DNA of 64,000 nucleotides from Octopus sinensis. Lineage: Eukaryota. The notes below the pieces were generated by a model. It saw only the letters and a program-made list of their open reading frames with translations. It made no database searches and was not told the DNA's origin. Of this stretch, positions 25,511-38,277 are shown piece by piece (position 1 is the stretch's first letter; the number at the start of each line of letters is the position of its first letter). The position numbers were made by a program, and so were the translations under genes. Location of the stretch: positions 20,844,464 to 20,908,463 of the forward strand of contig NC_043011.1 of assembly GCF_006345805.1 (NCBI RefSeq), in the 5' to 3' direction.

Positions 25511-25810
25511 ATTACATAAAATCCGTTCTGTCTGTGTGTGTGTCTTCTAGGATCTCGGGCATCCTCCATCCGATTGTGCTCAAATTTGATATGTAGATAC
25601 CGACGGTATCACGGCGTGTATAAGTATAAGTCTTGAAAAAATTACAAAAATTGATTCCAGGTGAGAATGCAATCAATAAAGCTGTGGAAACATGCAATTA
25701 TATGTGCAAGTACATCAGCTGCTGTGATCGATACTACGCGTACATGAGAAAAATGCATGTGCAGTTTGCGCAAAAGAAGCTGGCTGGCTTGAAATAATGT
25801 CACAAAATGG
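25507..25810 (+). mobile_element. Helitron/Helentron-like non-autonomous element, 5' part
   Basis: tctattacataaaa-tccgttctgtctgtgtgt-...ccgatt...caaattt layout typical of DINE/HINE-like elements. Confidence 0.5.
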
Positions 25811-25989
25811 GATGGTCGGACAAGTTGCTTTGAGAAAATTTGGTTTAAATGTTTGACAACTCAGCACCGTAATGATACCATACAATCAAGAGCAATTTCA
25901 GGCAGGTTGATATCAAAAGGGTTAACCCTTTAAACTGTTTCAGCTACAAAGCTGTGGTCATGCTGGGCTACCACCATTGAAAGTGTGAG

Positions 25990-26089
25990 ATGCTTACAGC
26001 ACCGAGGATTCCCAAGCGGTCACCCACCTCACTGGACTTGACGTTGCTTAACTTTGGTGATCAGATGAGAACTGGTGCATTTAATGTGT
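25990..26089 (-). pseudogene. 5S rRNA pseudogene (5'-truncated, internal deletion)
   Basis: Minus strand reads gcaccagttctcatctgatcaccaaagttaagcaacgtc...gtgggtgaccgcttgggaatcctcggtgctgtaagc, colinear with animal 5S rRNA. It shows CpG-type decay and loss of the TACTTGG segment. Confidence 0.88.
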
Positions 26090-26105
26090 GAGTTTTATTG
26101 TGTGA

Positions 26106-26467
26106 CAAGCACTATGACCTGGCAACGCTGGGTCATACTGCTAGTGCATGCATATACAGCTGTGTGCATGCGCACATACACACGAGTACTATCCAAATCT
26201 CTGACCAATCACATACAGCAAGCTGGCATTCAATTGGCGTATCAAGTTTCGGGCATTTTGATAGAAAATTCACAAAAAAGTCAATTCTATTGATTTTTTA
26301 ATGGCTTTGCGGGGTGACTGGGGAAATGTAAAGATGTGCATGACCACCCTTGGACGGTTTTGAATGACCATAGAAAGTGCGAGCCCTCTAACTGAAAAAT
26401 TGTGGATTTGTATAAAGGACACACACACACACACACACACACAGACATTTTGCCGTTTATATATAGA
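26106..26467 (-). mobile_element. Helitron-like element, copy 2
   Basis: Reverse complement of 16532-16918. Confidence 0.75.
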
Positions 26468-26549
26468 GAGATGGGGGCAAAATTGTGATTTACCTGTTTG
26501 TCCCATCCTTCTGGTAATAGAAGAGGTTAAATAAAATAAGAATACTTAC

Positions 26550-26799
26550 GGATCAAATGGCTCTGGTTCTGGTTCCCATTCCTCAAACACTTCATCTTCA
26601 CCTGGAATGGGAAATGGTGCAACCATGTCACTAGTGTCTGCATCACTGTGCCCTTCAGATGCACTTGTACTGGATTGTGACACCGTAGTTGGAAGGAGGG
26701 AAAGGTTGTCTTCTTCAGTGCTGCCTGTCTCAGGATCTACCAGCGCTGATTCCGACACGGACGAGATCAGACTCTCAGGAGGCTCTTCATTTTCTTTAC
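26550..26799 (-). CDS. CTDSPL2: CTDSPL2 coding exon 5 (acidic/Ser-rich linker ending EEWEPEPEPFDP)
   Basis: ttctacag|GT ... CC|gtaagt; 250 nt, phase 1->2; ends in conserved FDP. Confidence 0.92.
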
Positions 26800-27109
26800 C
26801 TGTAGAAAAAAGTTTAAAAACAAAATTGAAAGAATAATAGAAAATTAAAAACTCAGCTGCCAGACTTTTTTTCATTGTACAACTGTCCTCACAATACAAA
26901 TGTGGTAAAAAAAAATCTTAAAAAAGAATGGAGTACAAAAAAAAATAATGCTAGCAATAAACTATAAATCTAGTAACATATTTTTTTTGGCTTTCAGGAA
27001 AAAAATTAACTACAAGCATGGCTAATTGGTAAGAAGCTGGTTTCCAAATCACACAGTTAATCACAGGGTTAAATACCCCTAATGAAACAACTATTATTGT
27101 GTATATACA

Positions 27110-27469
27110 CTAGCACTATGACCCGGCAATGCCAGGCTATAGTGCTAGTGCATGCATATACAGCTGTGTGCGTGCGCACATACACGCGAGTACTGTCCAA
27201 ATTTCCGACCAATCACATACAGCTAGCTGGCATTCAATTGGTGAATCAAGTTTCGGGAATTTTGAGTGGGTTTTGGATAGAAAATTCACAAAAAAGTCAC
27301 TTCTATTGATTTTTTAATGGCTTTGCAGGGTGACTGGGGAAATGTAAAGATGTGCACGACCACCCTTGGACGGTTTTGAATGACCATAGAAAGTGCGAGC
27401 CCTCTAACTGAAAAATTATGGATTTGTATAAAGGACACACACACAGACATTGCCGTTTATATATATAGA
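27110..27469 (-). mobile_element. Helitron-like element, copy 3
   Basis: Reverse complement of 16532-16918 with intact CTAG end. Confidence 0.75.
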
Positions 27470-27778
27470 AATATATCATGTGAAATGACCAGACTATCTG
27501 ATGTTGTTACACATTGCTGGTCACAATGCACTTGGCATCATTTTAGCCTTTGAATGACGCAATCCCAAAGGCTAGGTGAGCAGGCCAACATTCCCCACTG
27601 ATTGGAAGGGTGACTGGAGCAACGTGAAATGATGCGTTTTGCTCAAAAACACAACACACTGCCTGGTCTGGGAATCAAGACCATGATCTAGTGATTGTGA
27701 ACGCAACAACCTAACCACTAGGCCACACGTCTTCACATATATATGCATACACATACATGTATGTATGTGCATATTATA

Positions 27779-28900
27779 TGAGGGTGCATCCAAAAGAAAC
27801 CAGAATTTTGCAATATTATTTTATTTACTTAGTTTTACATGTTTACACTTTAATAGCTTTCAAAGTATTCTCCATTTGAAGCAATGGATCAGCCCAGGCA
27901 TGTTTTCCACTGTTGGAAGCAGTGCTGGAACTCTTGTGGATTTATGCCTTTTAACACCTCTGTCGTTTTTTCTTCACCTCTTCCACATCTGCAAATTCCA
28001 TAGCACCAGCTTTCGTTACCAGTGATGGCCTTCAGAGAAAGGTCTGGATCAACTTCCAACTGTTCTTTCAGTTCACAACATGCATTCAGTCATGACTGCT
28101 TTTAATCTTCTGTGAGTAAGTGAGGTACAAATTTTGCTGCAACTCTTTTCATTCGCAATTCCTCACTCGAAATTCATTAGCAAGAGCTCCAGAACACACC
28201 AGTCATATCAACAAGTTTGTCAACTGTTCAGCAATGTCCTCCAAACAAAGAGGCATTGAAAAATACGACCAAATGCCATAGAAAGGGAAATTTTAAGCAC
28301 TCAATTTGCTGGGGTTCCTTTTCTTTTGCTTTGTTTGTTTGTTAGCATTTTATTTTTGCATATATATAAGAATAATTTTTTGCTAACATATATTAGCAAA
28401 AAAGGAATTTAAGAGACATTAGCCTTTAACAGTGTTGTCTACTGTAGTATAGTAATATATTTTGTTTATACCATAAGAATTTAAAATCTTTGAGGGACAT
28501 GAAATAAAAATGTTTTTAATGGTGGAATTTCCAAATTTCATGAATTTTCGTGATGTTTTTATTCGTCCTGAATGAGATTGATCTTCAAGTGACAAGTGAC
28601 CATTCCTAAAGAGTGACAACCACTCATAAACTTGTGTTCTGTTCATAGTAGCATCTTTGTAAGTTGTTTGAAGTATGGCAACTATTTTCCCCAGCAGAAA
28701 ATGGAATTTCATGGAAGCATGCTGTTCCTTCGTGTCAACCATCACAAAAATCGATGAATTGGGGAGAAATACTGCAAAACAAAGACACACCACATGGCAA
28801 TACAACCTCAACTGGCACAGCCGGTCAGCAAACTGATGCCCGAAGGTCACATCAAGAGACTTCTAGTGGCAGATTCTGGTTACTTTTGGGTACATCCTCA
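27779..28900 (-). mobile_element. Degenerate mariner carrying a 294-bp host-derived insert
   Basis: TIRs tgagggtgcatccaaaagaaaccagaat / attctggttacttttgggtacatcctca with TA TSD; transposase remnants EQHASMKFHFLLGK...QVYEW...SGR and MKRVAAKFVPHLLTE. Confidence 0.88.
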
Positions 28901-30518
28901 TATAATATGCATATTTAAGTGTATTAGTACAGATCAGAGGAGTAAAAGAGTACTCTGTACTAAAGGCAGAATGCTACTGACTGCAGAAGTTGGCATCTTA
29001 TGTATAATTATTCAAATTTCCTTCACAGTTCTGATCTACTAATTGCAAGGACAAAATCTTAAAGAATATTTGTCAGAAGATTTTTAGGCCTAAATTCTTG
29101 AAGAACATAACAAGATCTTTGCTAAATATGTCTAAACTATGGGCATAGTAAATGTTTCAACAGTTTAAGCTGATATTACTTAAATTAAAATAGTGAAATA
29201 GCAGAAATAAAGGAATGCTTAATTAAATGCCTCAACAATATTGAATATAATGTTTTAATATCTTCCCATCAGACATTGTTACTCCATGAACTGACAGAGT
29301 TGTGAGACTGTTGAACATAAAGTGCATTACATATAGCATTCAAATCTTAGTTTCATTTTCTTACCTTATTTAGAATTTTTTGAATATTAATTCCTGACAG
29401 ACACTTTGATCTATATATAAACAGCAGGTTTCATGTAAACAAGAGTACAAGAGCATGTCATCCGTAATAGTTAGGTTACATCATGTTGAAATTTTCACTG
29501 AAACGTGTGACTGGAGCAAACATGAAGATCAACCATGCAACTTAGAGAATTTATCCTTCACTCACTTTTAGTTTTATTTCCAAAGATCAGCCAGCACGTA
29601 AACATACAGAAGCTTCTCTTTCCCCTTCATGCATACTTCACTCATTATGAAAATGCATGATTTTTATTTTCTTTCTTTCTCACCTATTTTCATTTACTTT
29701 TCTCTATAAACTTTTCTCCTTATTTTTGAATAACAAAATCACTTATATCACACTTCATATCCAGTCTGGGGTTCAGAAATATGACATTCGAATAACCATA
29801 TGTGAGGTTTCAGTTTTACAATTTTATATATATATACATATATATAATATATATATATATATATGTATAATACAAATAAGAAAATGGAGGAACAAATTCA
29901 TTTCGATCTGATATCCCATAGTGGGTTACCCTCATAACCCTTATCTTACTTTGTACTATATATATGTATATATATAAAATACAAAATGGGACAAGAACGC
30001 AAAACATCCGGACAACTAGGTGATACAAAAAGGGACAACAAAACATCCAGATAGACGAGGATATCTTGACTGAAGAAAGAAAGCTTTGAATGACCCGTCC
30101 TTGTTTTTTGGTATCATCTATCTGGGATTTTTGTTGCCCCTTTTTGTATTACCTACTTGTCCGGATGTTTTGCATTCTTGTCCCATTTTGTATTTTATAT
30201 ATATATATATATCGGCGTACGTACACTTTGTTCTCTTATATGTAAGTACACACACACACACACACACACATATATATTATTTTAAACAGTTTGATTTGGT
30301 CCCATGCTACTTTAAGTTTCACAGGCCCTTAAAGGGAGCCTGAAAGAATCGGGCACCTGTTAGGGGGTCTGCGAAACTTGGAGTAGCACAGGACCAAATC
30401 AAACTGTTTTAAATAATACATTTAACTCCTACTAAGTGTGTTGAGTGCCCTTAACTTGCTTTTGTTTGCTCACTTGTATGTGTGTGTTTATAAATATAAA
30501 TATATATATATATAATAT

Positions 30519-30552
<34 letters not shown>

Positions 30553-30741
30553 CATACATATATATATATATATGAGGTGCAAAAAGTATCATATACAGTT
30601 ATAAGAGTACACTGTTATAAAGAAGATGCTGTGATGCACAGATGTGGTGCCATTATGCTAGTTACTTTATCTGAAGATATTTTCTTTTGGTACAGAGGTG
30701 CATAGTTGATGGAGTACAACAGAATATGTTTGGTTACTTAC

Positions 30742-30816
30742 TTGAAGAAGCTCGGTCAGGGTCACTTTTCTGCAATGTGTCTGGAACTGCAAGGTCCAGA
30801 TTTTTACACAGTGTAT
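30742..30816 (-). CDS. CTDSPL2: CTDSPL2 coding exon 4 (DTLCKNLDLAVPDTLQKSDPDRASS)
   Basis: ttgcag|AT ... CAA|gtaagt; 75 nt symmetric phase-1 exon, open in the required frame. An in-frame stop upstream limits the acceptor choice. Confidence 0.72.
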
Positions 30817-33795
30817 CTGCAATTGTAGTACAATAGTGGCAATATTAGCCATGGGAGTAGTGCCTGTTGGAGGCAATACAGAAAGAAACATCTTCCCTCA
30901 TGTAAACAAAGAGGCATTGAAAAATATGACCAAATGCCATAGAAAGGGAGATTTTAAGCACTCAATTTGCTGGGGTTCTTTTTATTTTGCTTTGTTTGTT
31001 TTGTTAGCATTTTATTTTTGCATATATATAAGAATAATTTTTTGCTAACATATATTAGCAAAAAACGGAATTTAAGAGAAATTAGCCTTTAATAGTGTTG
31101 TCTACTGTAGTATAGTAATATATTTTGTTTATACCATAAGAATTTAAAATCTTTGAGGGACATGAAATAAAATCGTTTTTAATGGTGGAATTTCCAAATA
31201 GATAAAGCTATGAATAATAGCATGAAAATATCAGTTTTAAATTGTGGCAGAGGGCCAGAAGGTTTGTGGGGAGAGGGGCTATGTTGATTAAATTGACCCC
31301 AGTGTTCAAATGGCACTTATTACTTATTTTATCAATCCTAAAAAGGAAGAAAAGCAAAGTCGACCTCAGAGGAATTTGAACTAAGAACGTGAAGATGGAC
31401 TGCCCAGCATGCTAACAATTCTGCCATCTTGCTGCCTTATAGCACGTAAATACAGAGTTCAAAAACTCTTTGGACGGAAAAGTCAACTAAAATATTCGTT
31501 CATTTCTTTTCATTTAAAAAAAAAATTTATTTCTTCTTTTGCCTTCTCTAAAAAGTAAGTAGTGTGGCTATAATATAAACAAATAAAATTGTCTGACCAT
31601 GTACCAAAAATATAGGACATGAAATAGTTGGGGTTTTAATTTTTAACTCTTATTATTTATTTCTGAAAGGTTAAAAGCAAAATTGAACTTTTTATATATA
31701 TATATAAATATATACTTTATTTAAAAGCAGCAGAAATTTAACAAAAGCTGTTACTCAGAGTTTCACATTCCCGTTTGTCGGGCAGTTTTGTTAACAAATT
31801 TTTTTAATTTCTGCTGCTTTTAAATAAAGCATATTACTCTACCTCTGAGTACTCTTTTTTCCACCTTGTTTCACATTTATGTGTTTACTCTGGTATATAT
31901 ATATAATCAGGATGTTAAGTAGGACAGAGTACTTATTTTTTTCATTGACAGAAAAGGCTGAAGTTTAAAAATGAGACATGGCTAAGGAAGATATACAAAG
32001 CAAAAAAAAAAAAAGTTTTCAATTTAATATTATTTTCGAGTTCAATTTTATTTTTAACATGTCTAATGAATCATTCATAGATAAAGAGAAATTCCTGAGT
32101 CATTGTTATTTTGGCTCAATTCCAAACCAAATTTTTCAAGTTATTTACCTACTAGACAGACAGAATTCTCTAAGTAGGTTTCTTTCTATATTGTCATCGG
32201 ACAATACACGAGTCAAAAATCACAGTGGAATTTGTTAAACAGATTTTTGTGCAGGAGATACAAGTGCTGCACAAGTTTGGAATGTAATATGAAAGAATAA
32301 TGCAAGTGCAAGCAAAAAAATATATATCACGAGTTATTATTATTATTGCAGCATGGAAGGTGTTTATAAGCCATTTAAGAAACACACAAAACCGTTAGAT
32401 TCACTTCTGCGACGAAAATATTTTGACAAATTAAATTTAAATGTTGAAGTGAATCTAACGGTTTCGTGTGTTTCTTAAATGGCTTATAAACACCTTCCAC
32501 GCTGCAATTGTTTTCGTTCCAGCACACGATCTCAGATCAAGTCACTCGCTATGCAAGTACATCTCCATAATTATTATTATTATTATTACTATTATTATTA
32601 TTATTATGAAAGCTAGACCAAGGAAAGTAAGAGAGAATGTGATGTGATTACAGTGGAGAACATTGAAGCCTCAAACAATTGAATATTAAAGATTCAATAC
32701 AAATGGAGAGATGCTCTGCAGCAGAACTATCCAACCTAGGCCAATACAGAAAAATTATAAAAAAGAACAACAATGATGATGAAGATGATGAAAGATAACA
32801 ATAATATCTGCTTTGATACAAAGTAAATTAGAAATTTCACTGAATCAAAAGTAATGAAATAAACTGGAACACATCCACTGACTATAACTCACTTCACCAG
32901 TGTTACTCAAAGACATTTACTTCTTTACGGCTGATTTTTTTCATTTTTTTTTAAATGAAATATGTGAAAATATTTAAGAAATATAAACACATGTTTATAT
33001 TTGTTTCTTTCTCCTTTCTCTTACAAGCATAATGGTACTTCACTTGTGCATCATTACAGACAAATAACAGTATTCGGAAATAACTGCATATAATATTTTG
33101 TAGCATTTTTAACTTTGTATTATTTGAAAAACATTCTAATCAATTTCATTTCTAACAAGCAAAAATGAACCACCTTTAATTGATAAATATACATATATAC
33201 ATATATATATACACACACACATAATCATACATATATATATATATAATGCAAAAATGTGTGTATAGATATAATACAAAAATGTGTGTATAGATAGCTAGAT
33301 ATACATACAAGCGCACACACACACACATATAAAATGGGACAAGAACGCAAAACATCCGGACTGCTAGGTGATACAAAAAGGGACGACAAAACATCCAGAT
33401 AAACGATACAAAAAAAAAAACAAGGACGGGTCATTCAAAGCTTTCTATCCTCAGTCAAGAACCGGATCATCCGCACAATCTACACCCAAATCACCCAAAT
33501 ACATATACATACACACAACATACATATATACACGTAAATATACAGACACGTGTCCTTACACACACACACACACAATGAAAAATATATCATCTATCTTCTA
33601 TATATAACAATGCAAATGCAAGCATATCGGTATATGTAACTTAAATTCTAAAACAACCAACTGGATCTTTTGAAAATTATTGAAGAATTTAGTAAAATAA
33701 CTTTGTCAGTCATATTTAAATTTAGATCACTTTAAAATAAGAAGTTTGTATCAAAGAGTCAGGGCCAGTCTCAGGTGTGCTGGTATCAGAAGGAT

Positions 33796-34205
33796 CAACC
33801 CTTTAAAATTCAGATTATCCTATCAAATGTGATGTTCTTTCATTCCTATTGTTTTGAATTAATCATGCATTGTCTCATAGCTTCAAGGGTAGGTGTGAAA
33901 GGCTGGATCTAGTCAGTTTGTACATGAAACAGGTAGAATATTTTGGGCTGGATATGGTCAGTTTAACCCTTCCATTACTGTATTTGTTTTGAGATGCTCT
34001 GTGTTTCTTTCAATTATTTTAGATATAACAAAGAATTCAGTAAAATAATTTAGTTATCATTAAGCTAGTGTTAGGAACATTAATTGTGACTAAGGTTTAG
34101 TGGAAGATTTTAATTCAAAACTTATGAAAACAAGACATTTGTACTCAGAGCCAGAGCTGGTTTCAGCAGGGTTGGTAATGAAAGGGTTAAATGCTAAAGG
34201 ATTAA
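33796..34205. mobile_element. piggyBac-like MITE A with MITE B (33967-34186) nested at a duplicated TTAA
   Basis: TTAA at 33963-33966 and 34187-34190; CCCT/AGGG termini. Confidence 0.8.
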
Positions 34206-34511
34206 ACTTAAATTCACTTGTTTCTCATTTCATCCATCATATTAGAAGGAAAGAGCCCTTTTGTCATCATATTGATGAAATACACAGCCTCTGTCTTAAT
34301 TAATTTTGAAAATAATGAAGAATTTACTAAAATAACTTTGTTATTTTTAAATTTGTGTTTGAAACATAAATTAACATGAAATTTTAATGGAAGATTTTAA
34401 TTTGGATCACTTTAATATATGAAGTTTGTATCAGAGAGCCAGGGGCAGTCTCTGGCATTCTGGTATCAAAAGGATTGAAGTTGACCCTTTAACATTTAGA
34501 CCAGCCATATC

Positions 34512-34858
34512 TATTTCTTTACTACCCAAAAGGGGCTGAACACAGAGAGGACAAACAAGGACAGACAAACGGATTAAGTCGATTATATCGACCCCAGTGC
34601 GTAACTGGTACTTAATTTATCGACCCTGAAAGGATGAAAGGCAAAGTCGACCTCGGCGGAATTTGAACTCAGAACGTAGCGGCAGACGAAATACCTATTT
34701 CTTTACTACCCACAAGGGGCTAAACACAGAGGAGACAAACGGACCAAGTCAATTAAAGTCAACCTTGGCAGAATTTGAACTCAGAACGTAACGGCAGACG
34801 AAATATACGGCTACGCGTTTCGCCCGGTGTGCTAACGTTTCTGCCAGCTCACCACCTT
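34512..34858 (-). mobile_element. Dimeric SINE D
   Basis: Junction gaaatacc|tatttc at 34695/34696. Confidence 0.85.
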
Positions 34859-34977
34859 ATCTGATGCTATTTTGTTTCATGTTAAAATCAGCCAGATCCA
34901 GCCTCTTACACCTACCTTACAATGTCAGTCTAAAAATAAATAATCACAACATCAAAATCTTAAAGCTACAAGATACT

Positions 34978-35485
34978 GAGACCCCCTTCGGACATGACTG
35001 ACCGTGGGATTGCACCTAGAAAGTTACCCTCCCAGAGCAAGTCCGGGCAAGGCTGTTTATGGCCTCCCCTCTCCACGCCACCAGTGTTATCCAAGGGAGA
35101 GGTGACGGCCTGGCACCTGTGACATCGCAACTCATTTCTACAGCTGACTGAACTGGAGCAACATGAAATAAAGTGTCTTGCTCAAGAACACAAAATGCAG
35201 CCCGGTCCGGGATTCGAACTCACAACCTCAAGATCGTAAGCTCAATGCTCTAACCCAGTGCTTTTCAAACTTTTTGCTGGAGCGGAACCCCAAGGAAACA
35301 TTCCACTGGCTCGAGGAACCCCTGTGCAATAATTTAATAGTCTTATGCACACATATCTGCACAGAAGAATTAAAAATTACTGCCTATTTTAGCAGTTTTG
35401 TAACTTCTTGTGGAACCTCTGGACTGTACTGGCGGAACCCTGGTTGAAAACCACTGCTCTAACCACTGAGCCATGCGCCTTCACT
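34978..35485 (-). mobile_element. SINE C interrupted by a hAT MITE
   Basis: The tRNA head is split by the insertion. Confidence 0.8.
35256..35456 (+). mobile_element. hAT-superfamily MITE, 201 bp
   Basis: TIR cagtgcttttcaa / ttgaaaaccactg; 8-bp TSD ctctaacc (35248-35255, 35457-35464). Confidence 0.92.
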
Positions 35486-36104
35486 ACAAGATGATGCAGG
35501 TTTAATTCAAAATAATGTGAATTAGTAAGAATAATTTGAATGCTAAAGGGTTAAATTTACTTGTTAGTCATATTGGAAAGAAAGGGTTCCATAATTTAGT
35601 AAAGAAATGGGAAAGAAACAAAACAGGAAGAACAAACCAAATAATTTTTTAAACTTTTATATTTATCGTATCAATGTTTAAAAGTTCATTTCATAAACTT
35701 TTTTCCATTTTTACTCAAATTTCTTTACTGTATAAGTTTCAATATTTCTTGTGTCCATAAATTAATAACTATTATCAAACACCAAACTATATCTGGCAGT
35801 ATTATGTATGGTTATCTTGCCAGGTGTAATTCAGTGTATGTTTGGCAACAGTAATTAATTTAGGAACCCAAGTATTAATTATGGTTTTAAGGCGGTGAGC
35901 TGAGAGAATTGTCAGCATGCCAGGCAAAAATGCTTAGTGGTATTTCCTCTGTCTTTTCGTTCTGAGTTCAAATGTTGCTGAGGGCAACTGTGCCTTTCAC
36001 CCCTTCAGAATCAATAAAATAAGTACCAGTTACACACTGGGATCAATGTAATTGATATACCTCCTCCTCACAAATTTCAGGCCTTGTGCCTATAGTAGAA
36101 AAGA

Positions 36105-36520
36105 TTATTGTTATTATTATTATTATTATTATGTTTTTTCCTTCTTTCTTCAAATTTTCTTCCGTTTCTCGCTGAGTGTTTTCCATACACCTGGGGCAGA
36201 GAAGCTCATTGTATGCATTCCCAGATTAAATGTGCAAATTCACTGATAAAATATGTATTTAAAAATTAATAAATAAATAAAGTCATGGATGGATGTTGTT
36301 TTTACAGTGGTAATGCTCTTCTCAGTACATGAGCCATTCCAGTTAATACGATTTTTTGCACTTCCTGTAGGGATGGTAAGCCTGGAATCATTTTCAAATA
36401 GGTTTCAGTACCTTTTTTTTTATCATTCCTAGAGATCCTACAATCACTGGTACTGTAGTTGCCTTGAGATTCCACATTTTTTTCAATTTCTATAATAAGT
36501 CTTTATATTTACTAATCTTT
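36105..36520 (-). mobile_element. R4/Dong-like LINE 3' end (restriction-like endonuclease C-terminus, UTR, (TAA)n tail)
   Basis: Approximate translation across slips in homopolymer runs: KISKYKDL.IEIEKMWNLKATTVPVIVGSLGMIKKG...LQEVQKIVLTGMAHVLRRAL*. Confidence 0.75.
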
Positions 36521-38217
36521 ATTAGATTTATAAGATTAGTAAATATAAAGACTAGATTAGTAAATTATTATTATTATTATTATTGAGTGGGAGAGCAGTG
36601 CATGCCACAAAGTGACACTAGGGTAAAATATATGAACCCCAGTATACCCAACATGACTACCCGTCTGATAAGGGTACACCAGGCACATGCATCACAACCA
36701 TATGTGCACGACATGGTGATCTCATATCATATCAAGATAAACAGCACATGACCTTGCAGGTGAGGCCCAGTTAGAATTTTATTCTGGTCGAGTAGCCCCG
36801 CTAAATAATGATTGTTTAAGGCTGTTGAACGAACCAGCCATGTTTCCAAAGGTGAATTATCCAAACCTCTAAGAATTCCTTTCAACACACGGCTATGATG
36901 CTCCCCCACTACTTCTGCTCATGATCAGAGATGCACATATCGTCAGCCACTAAGGGACATGGTCAACTGGTTAAAGTCAAACAACTAACAAGCAAATCTG
37001 TGGTACTGAGCAGAATATTTGCTGTAGCCTATCTTTTTTTATTATTATTATTATTATTAATTATTATTATTATTAATTATTTTTATTATTATTATTATTA
37101 TTATTAAGGTAGCAAGCTGGTAGAATCATTAGCATACCAGGCAAAATGCTTAGTGGTATTTCGCTTGTTTTTACATTCTGAGTTCAAATGCTGCCAAAGT
37201 CAACTTTGCTATTCATCCCTCTGGGGTCAATAAAATAAGTTGAGCACTGAGGTCGATGTAATCGACTTACCTGCTCCTCCGAAATTGCAGGCCTCATGGC
37301 AGAATTCGAAACTAGCATTATTATTTATGGCTTGTTGCTAACAATTCAACTGGATGTGGAGATATGTGTTTACTGGAGTCAGATCCATTACTAATTATCA
37401 CTTTCAGTTCTTATGAATTTAAACTGTATCCTGTAGTGGGGCCGTGTTTCGAGAGTTCCAGGGTTTTGAGGAGCATGGAACCACCATATAGCTACTAGTA
37501 TTCCTAGGTCTACTCTGATCTGGAGTAGGAAAACCTGTCAGGATCCAAGTTAATGGTTAAATAGTATTAACCAGATGAAGCAGAGCACACTGAAATCATG
37601 AGATGCAGCATGGTGGATGTCCTTCCTCAAAGTCCAACCCCTGACCTCATTGTGGTAGGGAGGTTAAACAAATGAGTGTGAGAGGTATGCCGTCAGGGAC
37701 TTTGAGCTCCTGGTAGGGCCACCGAATGTGAACGGGGCTGACACCGGCAGTTATAGGGCCACAACCAGCTAATTAGAGAACGGTTCCATCGGCGCAGGCT
37801 GAACACCTGCGGTCCCGATGAAACCGTGACTGGCTCGCTATCTCCAGTGAACTGGCACAGGACCATTGTGCGTGGGCTGCCATGGTTCGAGATGCCTCGA
37901 GGGTGGTAGAAGAAGCCGACTCAACCCGCCCAGGGTGAATGTTGCCACAAGTACAAGTAAGTAACTAGAAAACAACAATAGCTGCCGCCATCACCATCAT
38001 TTTAACATCTGCTTTTCCATGCTTGCATGGGTTAGATGGATTTTGTTGAGACAGATTTTCTAGACACCTGTTTTGAAGGAAGGTAATATTTCTCCATGGC
38101 CTGACATGTTTTTCACAAAAAACTGGAAACGAAGAACACTGTTTACGTGGTGGTGATACTCACTTACAGTTATTACATGATGTCAAGGCAAGGAGATAGT
38201 AACACACACACACATTC

Positions 38218-38249
<32 letters not shown>

Positions 38250-38277
38250 TATATATAATATATATATATATATACTA

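Noticed and set aside
30061-30105. Hammerhead-like CTGAAGA...GAA in a hairpin spacer
   Set aside because: No GAAA and no stem I complement in this copy or in the 33430 copy.
30667-30891. Track ORF taken as exon 4
   Set aside because: Wrong frame; the splice-compatible frame gives 30816-30742.
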